Part shown: positions 51,371 to 62,396 of the stretch, piece after piece
Layout of the letters: each line of letters starts with the position of its first letter
Numbering within the stretch: position 1 is the stretch's first letter
Origin: Camelus ferus
Lineage: Eukaryota
DNA length: 64,000 nt
Direction: 5' to 3'
Assembly: GCF_009834535.1 (NCBI RefSeq)
Contig: NC_045696.1
Span: 121,522,001-121,586,000, forward strand
Made by a program: the position numbers and the translations under genes
Notes under the pieces: model-generated
The model's database searches: none
Seen by the model: only the letters and a program-made list of their open reading frames with translations
Told to the model about the DNA's origin: nothing

Positions 51371-54300
51371 AATTGTCCAACAGAGGCTTAGGATCTCTCG
51401 GATAAGGAAGGTCTTTTGGTCAACACACCCTAAACCTGAGAGGGTTTTTTCTAGAATTAGCCTGAAATCCTGTATTTTTTCTCCTGATGTTTCCAAGGAA
51501 AAATATCTCTAGTTTTCTAGGTAATAAAAAATATAATAAAGTTATAAATCTTATGTTCTGAGCCAGAGGTGGAAAAACAACATTTCAGAAAGTTTGTTCT
51601 TTTTTGAATGGACCTTTAATTTAAGACAGAAAATAAGGGATTCCCCTGTGGGTTCCTCAAACTGTCGAGACATAAAATCTCCCGTTTATCGACTCAATTG
51701 TGGTATTTAAAATAGAAAGCCAAGACAGTGCGTGAGCAACTCCTCACAAAACTAGCACATTCACAGGGATGGCTGCAGACAATGACTTTGTACAAATTTA
51801 ATCACATCTATTGGGTAAATATTTCACTGGCTCCAAGAGAGAGCAACAGAATTAAGACTCAAGCCTGCTCCTCCCAGGGGATGTGGAAGTCCCGTTCACC
51901 ACTACCCCGACTCAGCATAAGATTATCAACGCACATGGTGCCAGATATTGGTGCAACTACAGTGATTATCTCCAGGGAGCTTCAGTCTCTTTGTAAGGGG
52001 AGCAATCAAGAGGGTTGCTGAGTGAGTTCCCTGATTTTGACCAAGTCACCTCTCCGAGGCTCAGTTTCCACATCTGTCAGATTAAACAGGTAGTCAATAG
52101 ATAATCCCCAAGCTCTCTTCCAGTTCTGAGAGTCACAGATTCAAGGTGATAAAGTTGTTCACAGTTGAGATGAGCCCACCCCAGGCCAGGTTGGATGGGC
52201 TCCTCTACCCCTAGGGGTGCACCAAAACCACAGGGCAGGGATAAACCTTCCTAAGTAAGTCATCCTCACCACCTGCCACTGAGACCTGCCTTCAGGCCTT
52301 CGACATCTACTGAGTTAAAAGTTAGTGGTTCTCAAGTGGCTTTCCCAAGAATACAGCAGCCAAATAAAGGACTTCCCAGCATTTGTTAACTTAGGGAAAA
52401 CATATACTATATTTCATATATATTTAGCAGCTCATAGACTAAATAGAAAGCTCCCACATAAATCAAATTTCCAGTGCAGAACAGGCAAAAGTATATGTAG
52501 GCACTGCTCTGTTTTTATTATGTAGTCACAAGCTTTAGCAGATATCCACTGGTTGGATTTAATGCTAACTGAGGTCCTACTATATATTGTCTATTTTGAA
52601 CAGCATAGACAAGACAGCACATCTTGCCTGGCTCATTTATTAAGCTTGATTTTGGCCTTATCACCAATCTTCACAGAAACACCTCACTCAAAGAACAGAT
52701 CTGCAGCTCTAACCCCCTGAATTGAGAATTTGCTTCCCTCAAAAGAAAAACCATCATAGAATTTTTAGGCTATCCTAAAAAGAATTCAAAGTCCTGTAAA
52801 TCTGTTTTTGCCATCTACATTCCATCAGGAGAAGGCAGAGTTAAATTTAACTCTATCATTATGTGCTGGAAGGTCAGTTCTAATGCACCACAGGATGGTC
52901 TTGAACCATGTGACATTTTATTTAAAGTGCATTTAAAATTTTCTGTCTTGATATTTTGTGACTCCAGTATATTGGCTACTGTTGCCAAGGAAATAAGACT
53001 TCAGGTTACCGTGTGGCTCTAGAGGGGTTTTGCTTTGCTTGTTTTTAAAATATTAACAAGACAAAAATGGAAAAAAGTAAATATACAGAACAAATTTTGC
53101 TCCTTTCCTCTTCAAAATGCATGAAATACAGATCCTCTGGTCACATCTCTGATTAAAAAGATATAACCTCTCATAAGGTGACTTTCCCAAATGGTACAGA
53201 GACTTCTCCCAGTCAGTCGGGTTGGTATCATCAGAGCCCCTCTTCTCATTCTTTGTTCTGGGCTGAGACGCCTCGGAAAGTGCGGGACATTTGATTACAC
53301 AATACAATTCTAACTCTCACCTCCCACATGTTTACCTTCAAATAAGAAATTTAAAGTGCAAACCATACAAATACATCCAGCTTGGTTTCAAAAGATTCAA
53401 CTACAGATGAGAATAGAGGTTCCAACATTAACCCACTTTTTTCTCTGTGACTATTCTTTCTAGTCGGTATCATCTAAAGGTTTTCAGTCATGGTGGTGGA
53501 CTCAAGTCATCTGATGGTGGGAAGAATCAAAGCTTCCATTTTGGGGAATACTACATAAAACTCGTCTGAAAACAGGTAACATCTTTGCTTCCTACTAACT
53601 GAAGTGAGGTATTTTTAAATCAGCCACATGCAGATCAAAAACCCTGTAATCCTAGACACTTTTTAATCAAAACCTCAAAAATCAGGAACTTCTTAAGACA
53701 GACCAGTGGTTCAAGCAGAATGCCTGCCATGTTGCTACCAGAGACCTGGAGATGAGCAGGAAGTCTTTAAAGTACAATTAAAAAACAACTCACAAACCTC
53801 AAAGCAACTATTTTAAAAGAAATAGTTAGAAGATCTAGTAAAGTGCCTGTCGTGTGCTGGGAAGCTCTCTGGGCCCTACGTGCACCTGCTGGGAGTGTGC
53901 CTGGAGGAATAGACATGGGTTTGACCACTCACAGGAAAGGTACAGATGTGGTGCCCACGAGTGTTTTCACACAGTTCCATTACCAAAGGCAAGCCCTTCT
54001 CACCCAACCATTAAAAACTGCCCAGGATTCAACATCCACTCCTACGATGGACTGACACTTCCTTTTATGTAATGCTTGGGGGAAATCACCTAGTTTTCAT
54101 GTGGTTTGAGTTTGATCCTGTGAAGCCATCAGAATCTTCCCATCAGAGATAAATGAGGAGATTCGAGCTCCTATTGGTGGGCACTATTAACAGAAGTGCC
54201 CCTGCTGTGTTTTCCAACCTTCCTTCTATTTTTATCCACCTCCCCATGTGTGAGTACCTTTGACCTACTCTGAGCTCGGACCCCCGATCTGTCAGAGCAA

Positions 54301-56059
54301 CTTTGTCAGTCTTTCTTTAAAAATGGACCGCCAATAAAATGAACTGAACCTAGAAGCAGCAGCTCAGTAGGGGAAATGAAAACATCAGAATTTATCTAAT
54401 CACAGCCATAACCATCCAGAGCTCTTATCTGCTGGGTAATAAAAATGGGACCTTCCTAAACTTGAAGGGCATCAAATAAATAAAGTTGTTGCTTGCCTCT
54501 GGCTCTTGGCCGGGGGGGGGGGGGGGGGGGCTGCTATGCATTTAAGCCAGCGTCTACTAACTACAAAACACTGTCATGGATTTAAACACCCAAGTTCTAG
54601 GAAAGTTGGGGAGGTGCGCAGAGGGAAGGTCGTTTTGACATAAAGCAAAAAATAAATCACAAACGTCTTTGAGATAGGGGTTGTTAAGCGGGCAGTAGAA
54701 GAAAGGAATGAGGGGGTAAGATTATCTCCTTTGAAGTCAAGGTAATTTTTCCAAAAGAGTAGGGCTTTGTCTGAGTTTAAGAAGAACACTTTAAAATACC
54801 TTGGACAGCTCAAAAATGCTGTTGAGGGAACTGAAAACCAAGTGAGCCAAGACCAAGCAGAGCAGTGCCTTAAAAATCCTGGCAAAACAGCAAGATGAAG
54901 AGTTGGCTTCGCATAGTTCCTAACACAGGAGTAAAGCAGCAGAGGCATCTCCTGCCAAAGGCACTGAAATCCTAAGGCGTCAGCGGGCCAGCTGAAGGGG
55001 TGGGGAGCGGGGCGGGGACGGTGGGGGTATTTCCCTCAGATACTTCTCGTGCAAAGTTTCGTGGGGCACCCACCCCGCTGCTCAGTCCACCTTTCCCCCT
55101 CCACCTCCGGAACCCCGGGGCTGCACTCTTAAGCTCGTGCCCCAAGGGACCCTCTGTGCAGCCCGTGATTTTTCCTGGAGCCTGGCAAGTTCTGGGACTG
55201 GAAGCCAGGCTCGCAAGGCCGCCGGGGGTGGGGGGGGGGGGGGGCGTGGCCGGATCTGGAGGGCAGAATGGGGGCTGGATTCTTGAAGCTCCCCCAAATC
55301 CTTCAAGAGTAAGGAGGAATGCATCTTCCTAAGAATATTTCTCAGGGTTTAGCCTGCCCCCCATCCGATGGTGAACAGTACTCACTTGCTGCGGAGTGGA
55401 CCACCTCCTAATCGTTCTCCTGGATTTCACCCTAAGGATCTTCGGGGGTCGGCGACACCACGGGGTTCCCACCTCCTCAGTCGGCTGTGGCCAGCGCTTC
55501 GGTGGTCCCTGTAGTCCCACCCCCAGGCCCCTTGCCCCCGGCTACTCCATTTCACGGAGGAAGGAGCACAGAGGGACTTGGCTCCATCAGGGGACCCGCG
55601 AGCCTGCTGATGAGTTTGAAGCCCGGGAGCCCCAGACGCAATTAAATATCATTGTGAGGGGGTGGGGCGGGGGGTTGGGAGGCCGAGCGGCTGCATCGTA
55701 CCTCGCGGCCCGTCCAGCGGCGGGACACCGCCACAGCCCCACAGTTGTGTCGCCGTCAGCTGGGGGAGCCGCAACTTCGGCCCGGACTCTGACCCCCGTC
55801 CGATTTCTCACCCGGCGACGCCCTCCCCTCCAGGACCTGCAGGCCGGCCTTCGCGGGCTCCCGCACGCGCCCGCCCGAGCGGGGCTAAGGATGGAGTTCC
55901 CTCGACCGAAGGCGACGCTCGCAGCGGCCGCTCACCACCGCTCACAACCACCGCGGCCACGACGCACCAGCGGCTCGGAGCGCAAACCAGCGCCCCTCAA
56001 AAGTTGATGCCGCCGCCGCGGCGCCCGAGGACGCGAGAGGCCGGCCGGCGTCCACTCAC

Positions 56060-56350
56060 CTGGGCGCGCCCGCCCCGAGGAGCGCGAAGGGAAGCAGCCC
56101 GGACGGCTCGGTCCCGCCCCGGGACGCGACTCCGGCTTCAGAGAGGCGGCGGGCCCGGAGCTGTGCGGTGGGGCCGGGGTCGGGCCGCACCCCCCTCGGG
56201 CTCCGAGGCCAGTTTAGCGGCCGCGGAGGGAAGAGACGCCGAGCCGGGAGTGCGTGCTCCCCGGGGCCCCGGGCTCCATTCCGGGCGCTGGGGCGGGGCG
56301 GGGACGGCGTGGGGCCGCAGCTCGGCTCCCAGTCAACTCCGGGAGTAGCG
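56060..56350 (-). other. Putative non-coding first exon (5' boundary approximate) ending at a consensus donor
   Basis: Plus strand actcac|ctg at 56054-56062 reads CAG|GTGAGT on the minus strand, inside the CpG island and downstream of the GC boxes. The only ATG I saw (56279) opens a 21-codon ORF (MEPGAPGSTHSRLGVSSLRGR*) that stops before the donor. Confidence 0.65.
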
Positions 56351-56477
56351 TGGAAGGGGCCGGGGAGAGGGGCGCGGGAGGGAGCGCGGGGACGGCCGCT
56401 CCTCACAGAGCTTCCACCTTCTGACGAAACCCGCGCGCACGGCCGCAGCCAGACGCTCCTTCAGAGCCGCTGCGTGA

Positions 56478-56491
56478 GCGCCCCCTGGGGG
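56478..56491 (-). promoter_or_regulatory. CTCF-like motif in the promoter
   Basis: Reverse complement CCCCCAGGGGGCGC; one mismatch to the CTCF core CCASYAGRKGGCRS. Confidence 0.55.
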
Positions 56492-56507
56492 CCCCGGCGG
56501 AGAGCAC

Positions 56508-56572
56508 CGCCCCGCCCGCGGCCCCGCCCCCGCCCGCGGCCCCGCCCCGAGCCCCGCCCTGCCCCGCCCCGA
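56508..56572. promoter_or_regulatory. Tandem GC-box (Sp/KLF) array with minus-strand G-quadruplex potential
   Basis: Repeated ccccgccc units: cgccccgcccgcggccccgcccccgcccgcggccccgcccccgagccccgccctgccccgccccg. Confidence 0.75.
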
Positions 56573-57339
56573 GGCCCAGGAAGCGGGTCCCTTCTCCAAG
56601 ACGTCTCTCACCCCGGGTCCCTGGGCACATTTCATTCCGTTGCCCGAGGGCTGCGGCCGCCTCTTCACTGCAGGGTACAGCGGGAATACCTGGAAGAGGG
56701 TGGGAGCGCTACTTCTTTTTGCACACATTCCAGGAAACTTTCTGGGTGGATGCTCCCCAGCCACCAAAAAACGGTGAGGGCGACGCTCACCTCCCTATCC
56801 TTGGTGTCTGCAAAAGTGCCTGACCTAGGGCGGGAGCCTGCTCATTGTTTTTAGTAAATAGATTCGTGAAGAAGGGAATGGGCACTTTGCATCCCATAAT
56901 GTCTTCCTGAGTGCATGCACTTCACAAACAAGTGTAAGATAAATGCTTAGAGAGCACCAGTGTTTAAAAATAAATATGCGGTCTTATGTAAGGGGTAACC
57001 ACTGCCACATGTTAGGAAGCACTTTAGAAAGGAGGGATGGCCCTCCTGTTCCAAACTCACTAAAAGTCAAATTCAGACAAATGAGCACTGGAGTATATAC
57101 TGTGCGTTGTCTGCGATTGTTTCCACAACAGTAGATAAACTACAGAGCACACAGGTGTTGTCAGAATCACAAATTGGACTTCAGAATCTATAAGGTTCAG
57201 AAAAGACTGTCTCTGACATTGGGATGACATGGAGGATGTTACATGTAATATGGACAGACAATACAGGAAAGAATCCTAGGCAGCCTGTCTGTACACTGAA
57301 GCTCCTTTGATTCACTTGGATTCGGAAAACTTGGGTCAT

Positions 57340-57590
57340 GTGGTTGAGCACAAGACAATCACTGAGGCCTTGGGATGTGGGATTTCACTGGTGCTCCAGG
57401 CTTTCCTGCGGTGTCTGGGAGCTTTGGGCGGGGTGGTCTGTAACACCCCTGGAGCCCGAGGGGAGCCCCACAGACCCACATCAGCTGCGAGTGGGACATA
57501 CTATGGTTCCCCAAAGGAAATTAGGTGTCTTCCTACCAGAACAGGGAGGATGGATGCTGGGTAGGCAGAGTCAGCATATGTTTACTAAAG
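57340..57590. mobile_element. MLT1K/L-like LTR fragment
   Basis: ggttccccaaaggaaattaggtgtcttcctaccagaacagggaggatggatgctgggtaggca resembles an MLT1 terminus. Confidence 0.6.
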
Positions 57591-59835
57591 ACGAAAGCAG
57601 AAGGCCGGAAGCTATTCCTTTCCCGTTCAATTAAGAGGTAGCCTTGGAGATGAACTTGAAGTCTGAGCTGGATTGAACTTTTGAAGATGAAGTGAGGGTT
57701 AGGGAATGCGACTGTGCATTTCCTTGCATGTTGGTTGTGTCCTCTGAAGTTTAAGTCCCATGAAGGCAAGTCTATGTCCTTATCTTCTTTGTGATTGTAA
57801 CCCCCGTGCCAGCACAATGCTGTTACTTAGCAGGTCGTCGATAAACATTTTTTACAGTAAAATTTTTAAAAGACATTAGAGCCTATTTAACACAAACTTC
57901 TTATTTTCAGGTGTGCTGAGCGTGTTCTGTTTCCAGGCAATCTGTCAAGCACTCTATCGACCATTTATTTAGTTTTCTGCCCAAGTAGGTTTTAACATCT
58001 CTACAAAAAGCCTGAGGTTTGGGTGGCCAGAATGCCCAGACCAGGGAACACAGTTATTAACAGGGAGGACAGGGAGTATGGATGGAAGCAGGCTCTGAAG
58101 GGACAACTACGAGTGACAGAACCAGGAACCACAGAGCAGGAGCACCAGAGCCAGAACCACAGGGAGGAACCTGCTACAACCATCTTTAGCCCCCGTGTTA
58201 AAGGCACAGACTCACAAACTAAACAGCGCCACAACTTGTGACAAGTATGGTTTCCTCTGCCAGCAGGCTTCAGCTCCCTAATTAGAAACAAACAGTTGCC
58301 CGCAAACCAGTGTGCAGAACACACGTGCAGCCTTTTGCCAGAAACTGGGATTTTTCTTTTTCCTCAAGGCATGACACTGAAGGTAAATTCAAACAGGCTC
58401 TCTGCCAGGCACCTAAAGCAGAATTTCCTCCCACCTCTGCTATGAAACCCACAGCCTGTCTCTACAAACAAAGGTACATCACCTGCTAATGAACTCTGGT
58501 CACAGTCACTGCCCCCCACAACCAGTTGCTCACCAGCCGGGGTCCCTGCAACAACTGTGACATCAAAACCCCCTGATTAGTGTCACTCACCTCCTTCCAA
58601 TTCTCCTTTTCGTGGATTCTGAGCTGCTGGGTTCTACAGCCATAGTCAGAATGATCTAAAGCCAAGCCACAGAGTCGCGGTGCCACTGGGGTTCCCAAGC
58701 CGCAGAGGATCCTCCAGCTCTGGGCAGATCCACTTGCCGGGTCTCTGTTTGGTAACATAAGGGGAGGCATCCGCTGACTGTCCTGTGCCAATCTGAAAGG
58801 CACCCCTCCCACCAGTGTGACAAGTGCAACGCTGGAACGGAGCCAGGGAACAAAAGGGAAGAAATGTGGGTTCTTACCAGTGCCGTTGATACCATTTTTT
58901 AAGGATGGCAGATGATAAAGGGGAAAAACAGGCAGAGAGTCAGTGCCCTGCATTCGAAACCTTGGATCCTTCTCTGAATGAGTCAGGGTGAGCATTTTGT
59001 TTTGAAATTGAATTTCTGTTTTCTCTCTTTCTTTCTTTTTTTCATTCGAGCTGTAGGATGGTTACATCCTCAACTAGTCAAGGGGACTGCTGTAAATAAC
59101 AGGATTTATTTTTGAGGCTTTGGATCAAAAAAGAACCTTGCATCTCCCCCCAGGGCTATTTATAGATCAAAGTGTGTTCTTTTTTTCTTTTTCTATTTCA
59201 TGTGATTCTGAGAATTGACTGATATGTCTTCCTCTGGTGTTTCTCTGTATGCCTGAGATGAGTTGTTATTACTGGAAAGCCGTGGAGAAAGCCCTCCGAA
59301 GATGCTAAGAGTCAAGACAGAACTGACACGTGTACCCCAAGCCAATGCAGGGATCGCATCTCCCACTGTCTGTCGTTGGTCTGTGTGAAGACCCTGCATG
59401 ACCTCTGGTACCTCTAACAGCTTCATAACAAGCCGAGCTACCAAGGGTGCCTTATTCTTTTGTCGACCGATAGGTGGCATCAAAATGCCTCGAGCTTTAC
59501 TTCATCGCATTTTAAAAACCACACACAGGCAGAGAGCATTTCTTCCTGCAATTTTCTATTTTACCATGGGTGATGTTTTAAAGGACACTAAATCAGCTCT
59601 CTAGTGTTCCAGAGTAGATTATCCCATTTACCTCTTAATTCGGCCTCTCAGTCACCCCTCTAAGCCTCAGTTTCCTCACTGTGAGAAGAAGCTGTTTGAG
59701 TTGAACTCCAGCTCTGGGATTCTGCTTTTCAGCTACATAATGTCTGCCTTGCCGCACCATTTCTTGTGTGTGTGATAAACCCAGCAAGACTCCTTCCTTT
59801 GAGTTTAAGGAATGTTAGCATGCAACTGTCACCCT

Positions 59836-60510
59836 GTGGTGGAGACCGCTATTTGCCTAGCCTATAATTGTTTTTATTTGTTTGTGCTTCCTTACTAAGA
59901 AAAGCACAATTTGAGGGAGGTGGCAATGTGTCAGTCCCCAACCCACATTATCCAGCCTTTCCTGTAGTTGGGGTAGTCATGTGCCAAATGGTCTAGCCAC
60001 TAAACACATGTAACTTCCTAAATTCGAATTTATTAAAATGAAGAAAAATTAAAAATTCATTTCCTGGGCCGCACTAGCCACATTTTTAAATCTAACAGTC
60101 ACAGGTAGCTACCATGTTGGGCAGTTCGGGTGCAGAACAGTTCCACACTGCTTTCCACACTGGTCTAGCCATTGGGATGTCATGAAAAGTTCCAGAGCAG
60201 CTTCCATAACAGTCTTCAAAGGGAGGGACATACTGACTCAGCTGGCTGGTACCTTTATCTCCTAGCCCCTCCCAGCCCCTCCCTCCTCTCTATTGGAAGG
60301 TGAAGGTGGGCTGGGTATCACATGACCGGGAAGCAACCAGCGTCTGTCCAGGCAGGCTAAGCAGAAAGAGAAAGGAGCCTGGGTCTCTGATACCCTGAAG
60401 GCAACCACATCGTCAACAATTTTATTATGAGAAAGATAAAACCACCGGTTGATATGAGCCACTATTTTCAGCTTTTTATTACTAACAACCAAATGTATTT
60501 CTAACTACTA
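59836..60510 (+). mobile_element. MLT1 (MaLR, MLT1J-like) solo LTR
   Basis: tgtggtggagac...cttccttactaa...ggtggcaatgtg...cagcctttcctgtag...agcagaaagagaaaggagcctgggtctctga...tgagaaagataaa...agccactattttcag. Confidence 0.7.
59995..60162. mobile_element. MER3 (hAT-Charlie) nested in the MLT1 LTR
   Basis: tagccactaaacacatgt...aaaaattaaaaattcatttcct...gcactagccacattt...gctaccatgttgg...agaacagttcca. Flanked by a repeated tggtctagcca at 59989 and 60161. Confidence 0.75.
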
Positions 60511-60809
60511 TACCCTCAGAAAGTTACCTGGACACTTTTCTACTAATGTCTTTGGATAAACAAGTTTCTTTCCAGTTTACTTTAGACAGAGTTTAGGACA
60601 AGGTCCTGGCTAGAAGAAATGAAACATCGTATATACTCACAAAAAGAGAGTTATCCGTCATCCATTTCAATATGCCAAATGGGCCAAAATGGGGGAGATG
60701 GGACATTAACAGTACCCAAATAATTATACCCTATTTTATAGTTTGGCTGAAGAGCAGCTTTGCATTATCCTGGAGAAAAGGTTACTAGATATTGAGAGAA
60801 AAGGAAAAT

Positions 60810-61040
60810 AATATTTGAGCCTATTCTGTGTGCTAGAAACTTGGCTGAGTAATTTAACAATATTATCATAATTAGGTCTCATAACAATCCAATAAGGTAA
60901 GTATGTGTATCTCCCTTCTTTTATAGATAACAAATTAAGGCTGAGGGATATTAAGTATCATGTCAAAATCTACATAGCTCATTAGTTACAGAGATGAGTT
61001 TCAAATCCAGGCCTGCTTGGCTCTTGTCACAACCACATGA
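60810..61040 (-). mobile_element. MIR SINE
   Basis: tatttgagcctattctgtgtgctag...tctcataacaatcc...ttttatagataacaaattaaggctgagg...ttcaaatccaggcctgcttggctc. Confidence 0.7.
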
Positions 61041-61110
61041 TGAGTGAGTGCCTGGTGAGTGAGTGCCGTCAGATGCTTCTCCATACTTGCTCATTTCAAG
61101 ACTCTCATTC

Positions 61111-61596
61111 TGAGACAGGAGGGCAGGGGGCCGGGCACAGCCGTTAAGGGTGATGCAGCCATCAGCACCAAGATGGTGGAAGATTCAACTCCCAGTGGTC
61201 CTTGAGCTTCATTATAGGCTCACTGAAATACAATAGCTGTTAAATGGCGCTCCTGCAGGGGCCTTGACAGTTCCTAGGCTGACCATAAAAGGTCAAAAAG
61301 GGGGCCGTGGCCCAATTCCTGGGAACCCCTGCCCCTTCCCCAAAGTAGTTGGAATAACCCTCCCTCTTGCCCACATATGAAGTTACCGAGCCCATAAAAA
61401 CTAACAACCTCGCACCTCGTGGTCTCTCTCTCTCGCCTTCTGAGATGGCCTGCACTCTGTCTATGGAGTGTGCATATCTCTGAATAAATCTGCCTTCACT
61501 TTACTATGGCTTGCTGTTGAATTCTTTCCTGAGTGAAGACAAGGACCCTCACTTGGTGGGAATGCATCCCAGGGACTCACCAGAGACCTCCACAAC
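61111..61596 (+). mobile_element. MER41-like ERV1 LTR (3' end runs into the assembly gap)
   Basis: Starts with TG. Shares ordered MER41 blocks accaagatgg, tgacagtt, aaaaagggg, ctctgtctatggagt, aataaa..tgccttcactttact, gaattctttc and aaggaccctcacttgg. Confidence 0.8.
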
Positions 61597-61696
61597 NNNN
61601 NNNNNNNNNNNNNNNNNNNNNNNNNNNNNNNNNNNNNNNNNNNNNNNNNNNNNNNNNNNNNNNNNNNNNNNNNNNNNNNNNNNNNNNNNNNNNNNN
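61597..61696. other. Assembly gap (100 N)
   Basis: Run of exactly 100 n. Confidence 1.
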
Positions 61697-62122
61697 GTCT
61701 GGGGCCTTCCCAGGACAGACCCTCCCCAACGTCCTCTGCTGCAGCTCCTCTCTGAAAGACCCAGACAATAGTGTCTCATGTATATTTCCTGAGTTTTTCA
61801 AATGCTGAAAACCACCACCAAAGGGAAGAAATTAACTACTTGATGATCCAGATCACGGAGTCCTCAGAACTTCTGGCTCTTAAGGATTGAATACCATTGA
61901 CCAATCAGAGCACAGCTGATCACAGACTCTGGGATGCCCCTCCCTCACCTGACCTTTAAATATGCTTTGCTGAACCCCTTCGGGGAGTTCAGGGTTTTCT
62001 TAGGCATGAGCCACCCGGTCCCACTTGCTCGGCCCTGCAATAAACCTTTCTCTGCTCCACTCTGACGCTTCTGTTTGTTCGGCCTCAGATGCATCAGGCA
62101 TGTGAACTTGCAGTTGGCAACA
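61697..62122 (+). mobile_element. ERV1-type LTR of a different family (5' end hidden in the gap)
   Basis: CCAAT (gaccaatcag), TATA-like tttaaata, AATAAA at 62039-62044, ends in ...ggcaaCA. Confidence 0.75.
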
Positions 62123-62338
62123 AACACAACACAGGTATCAACCCCGCCGTGTGCACTCATCGGCCTTTATCAGGCAGGCTTCCATAGTCAAGTGTGGAAC
62201 AAGGAATGAGAAGTCCAAACTCAGGAAGGAGGCACAGATGCATTCAAGCCCAGCCTGGCCTTTTTTTGTCCTACTTCACAGAACTGTGATAAATATTCAA
62301 GATAAACCATGTAAAGTCTTTAAAATGGATTCTGACTC

Positions 62339-62396
62339 GGGTAGCTAGATTTAGCAAGCAAAAATAGAGGCAATCTGTATTTTATCTGGCAAGTCT
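62339..62396. mobile_element. Internally deleted MER53-like hAT element
   Basis: Left end gggtagctagatttagcaagcaaaaatagagg joined directly to right end ctgtattttatctggcaagtct. Confidence 0.6.

Larger units (their letters stand above)
54975..56790 (-). promoter_or_regulatory. CpG island promoter of a minus-strand gene (gene not identified)
   Basis: Very GC- and CpG-rich stretch (core ~55600-56660) in otherwise CpG-depleted DNA. It has tandem GC boxes at 56508-56570 and minus-strand splice donors at 56054-56059 (CAG|GTGAGT), 55380-55385 (CAA|GTGAGT) and 56401-56406 (TCT|GTGAGG). Confidence 0.9.

Noticed and set aside
55000..56800. Assigning a gene symbol to the minus-strand locus
   Set aside because: No recognisable coding exon lies in the window and I could not match the putative first exon to a known 5' UTR, so a name would be a guess.
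55396..56854. Long ORFs (203-228 aa) across the CpG island
   Set aside because: Arg/Pro/Gly/Ala-rich, present in several frames on both strands and mostly with non-ATG starts. This is the expected result of stop-codon scarcity in GC-rich DNA; no recognisable domain.
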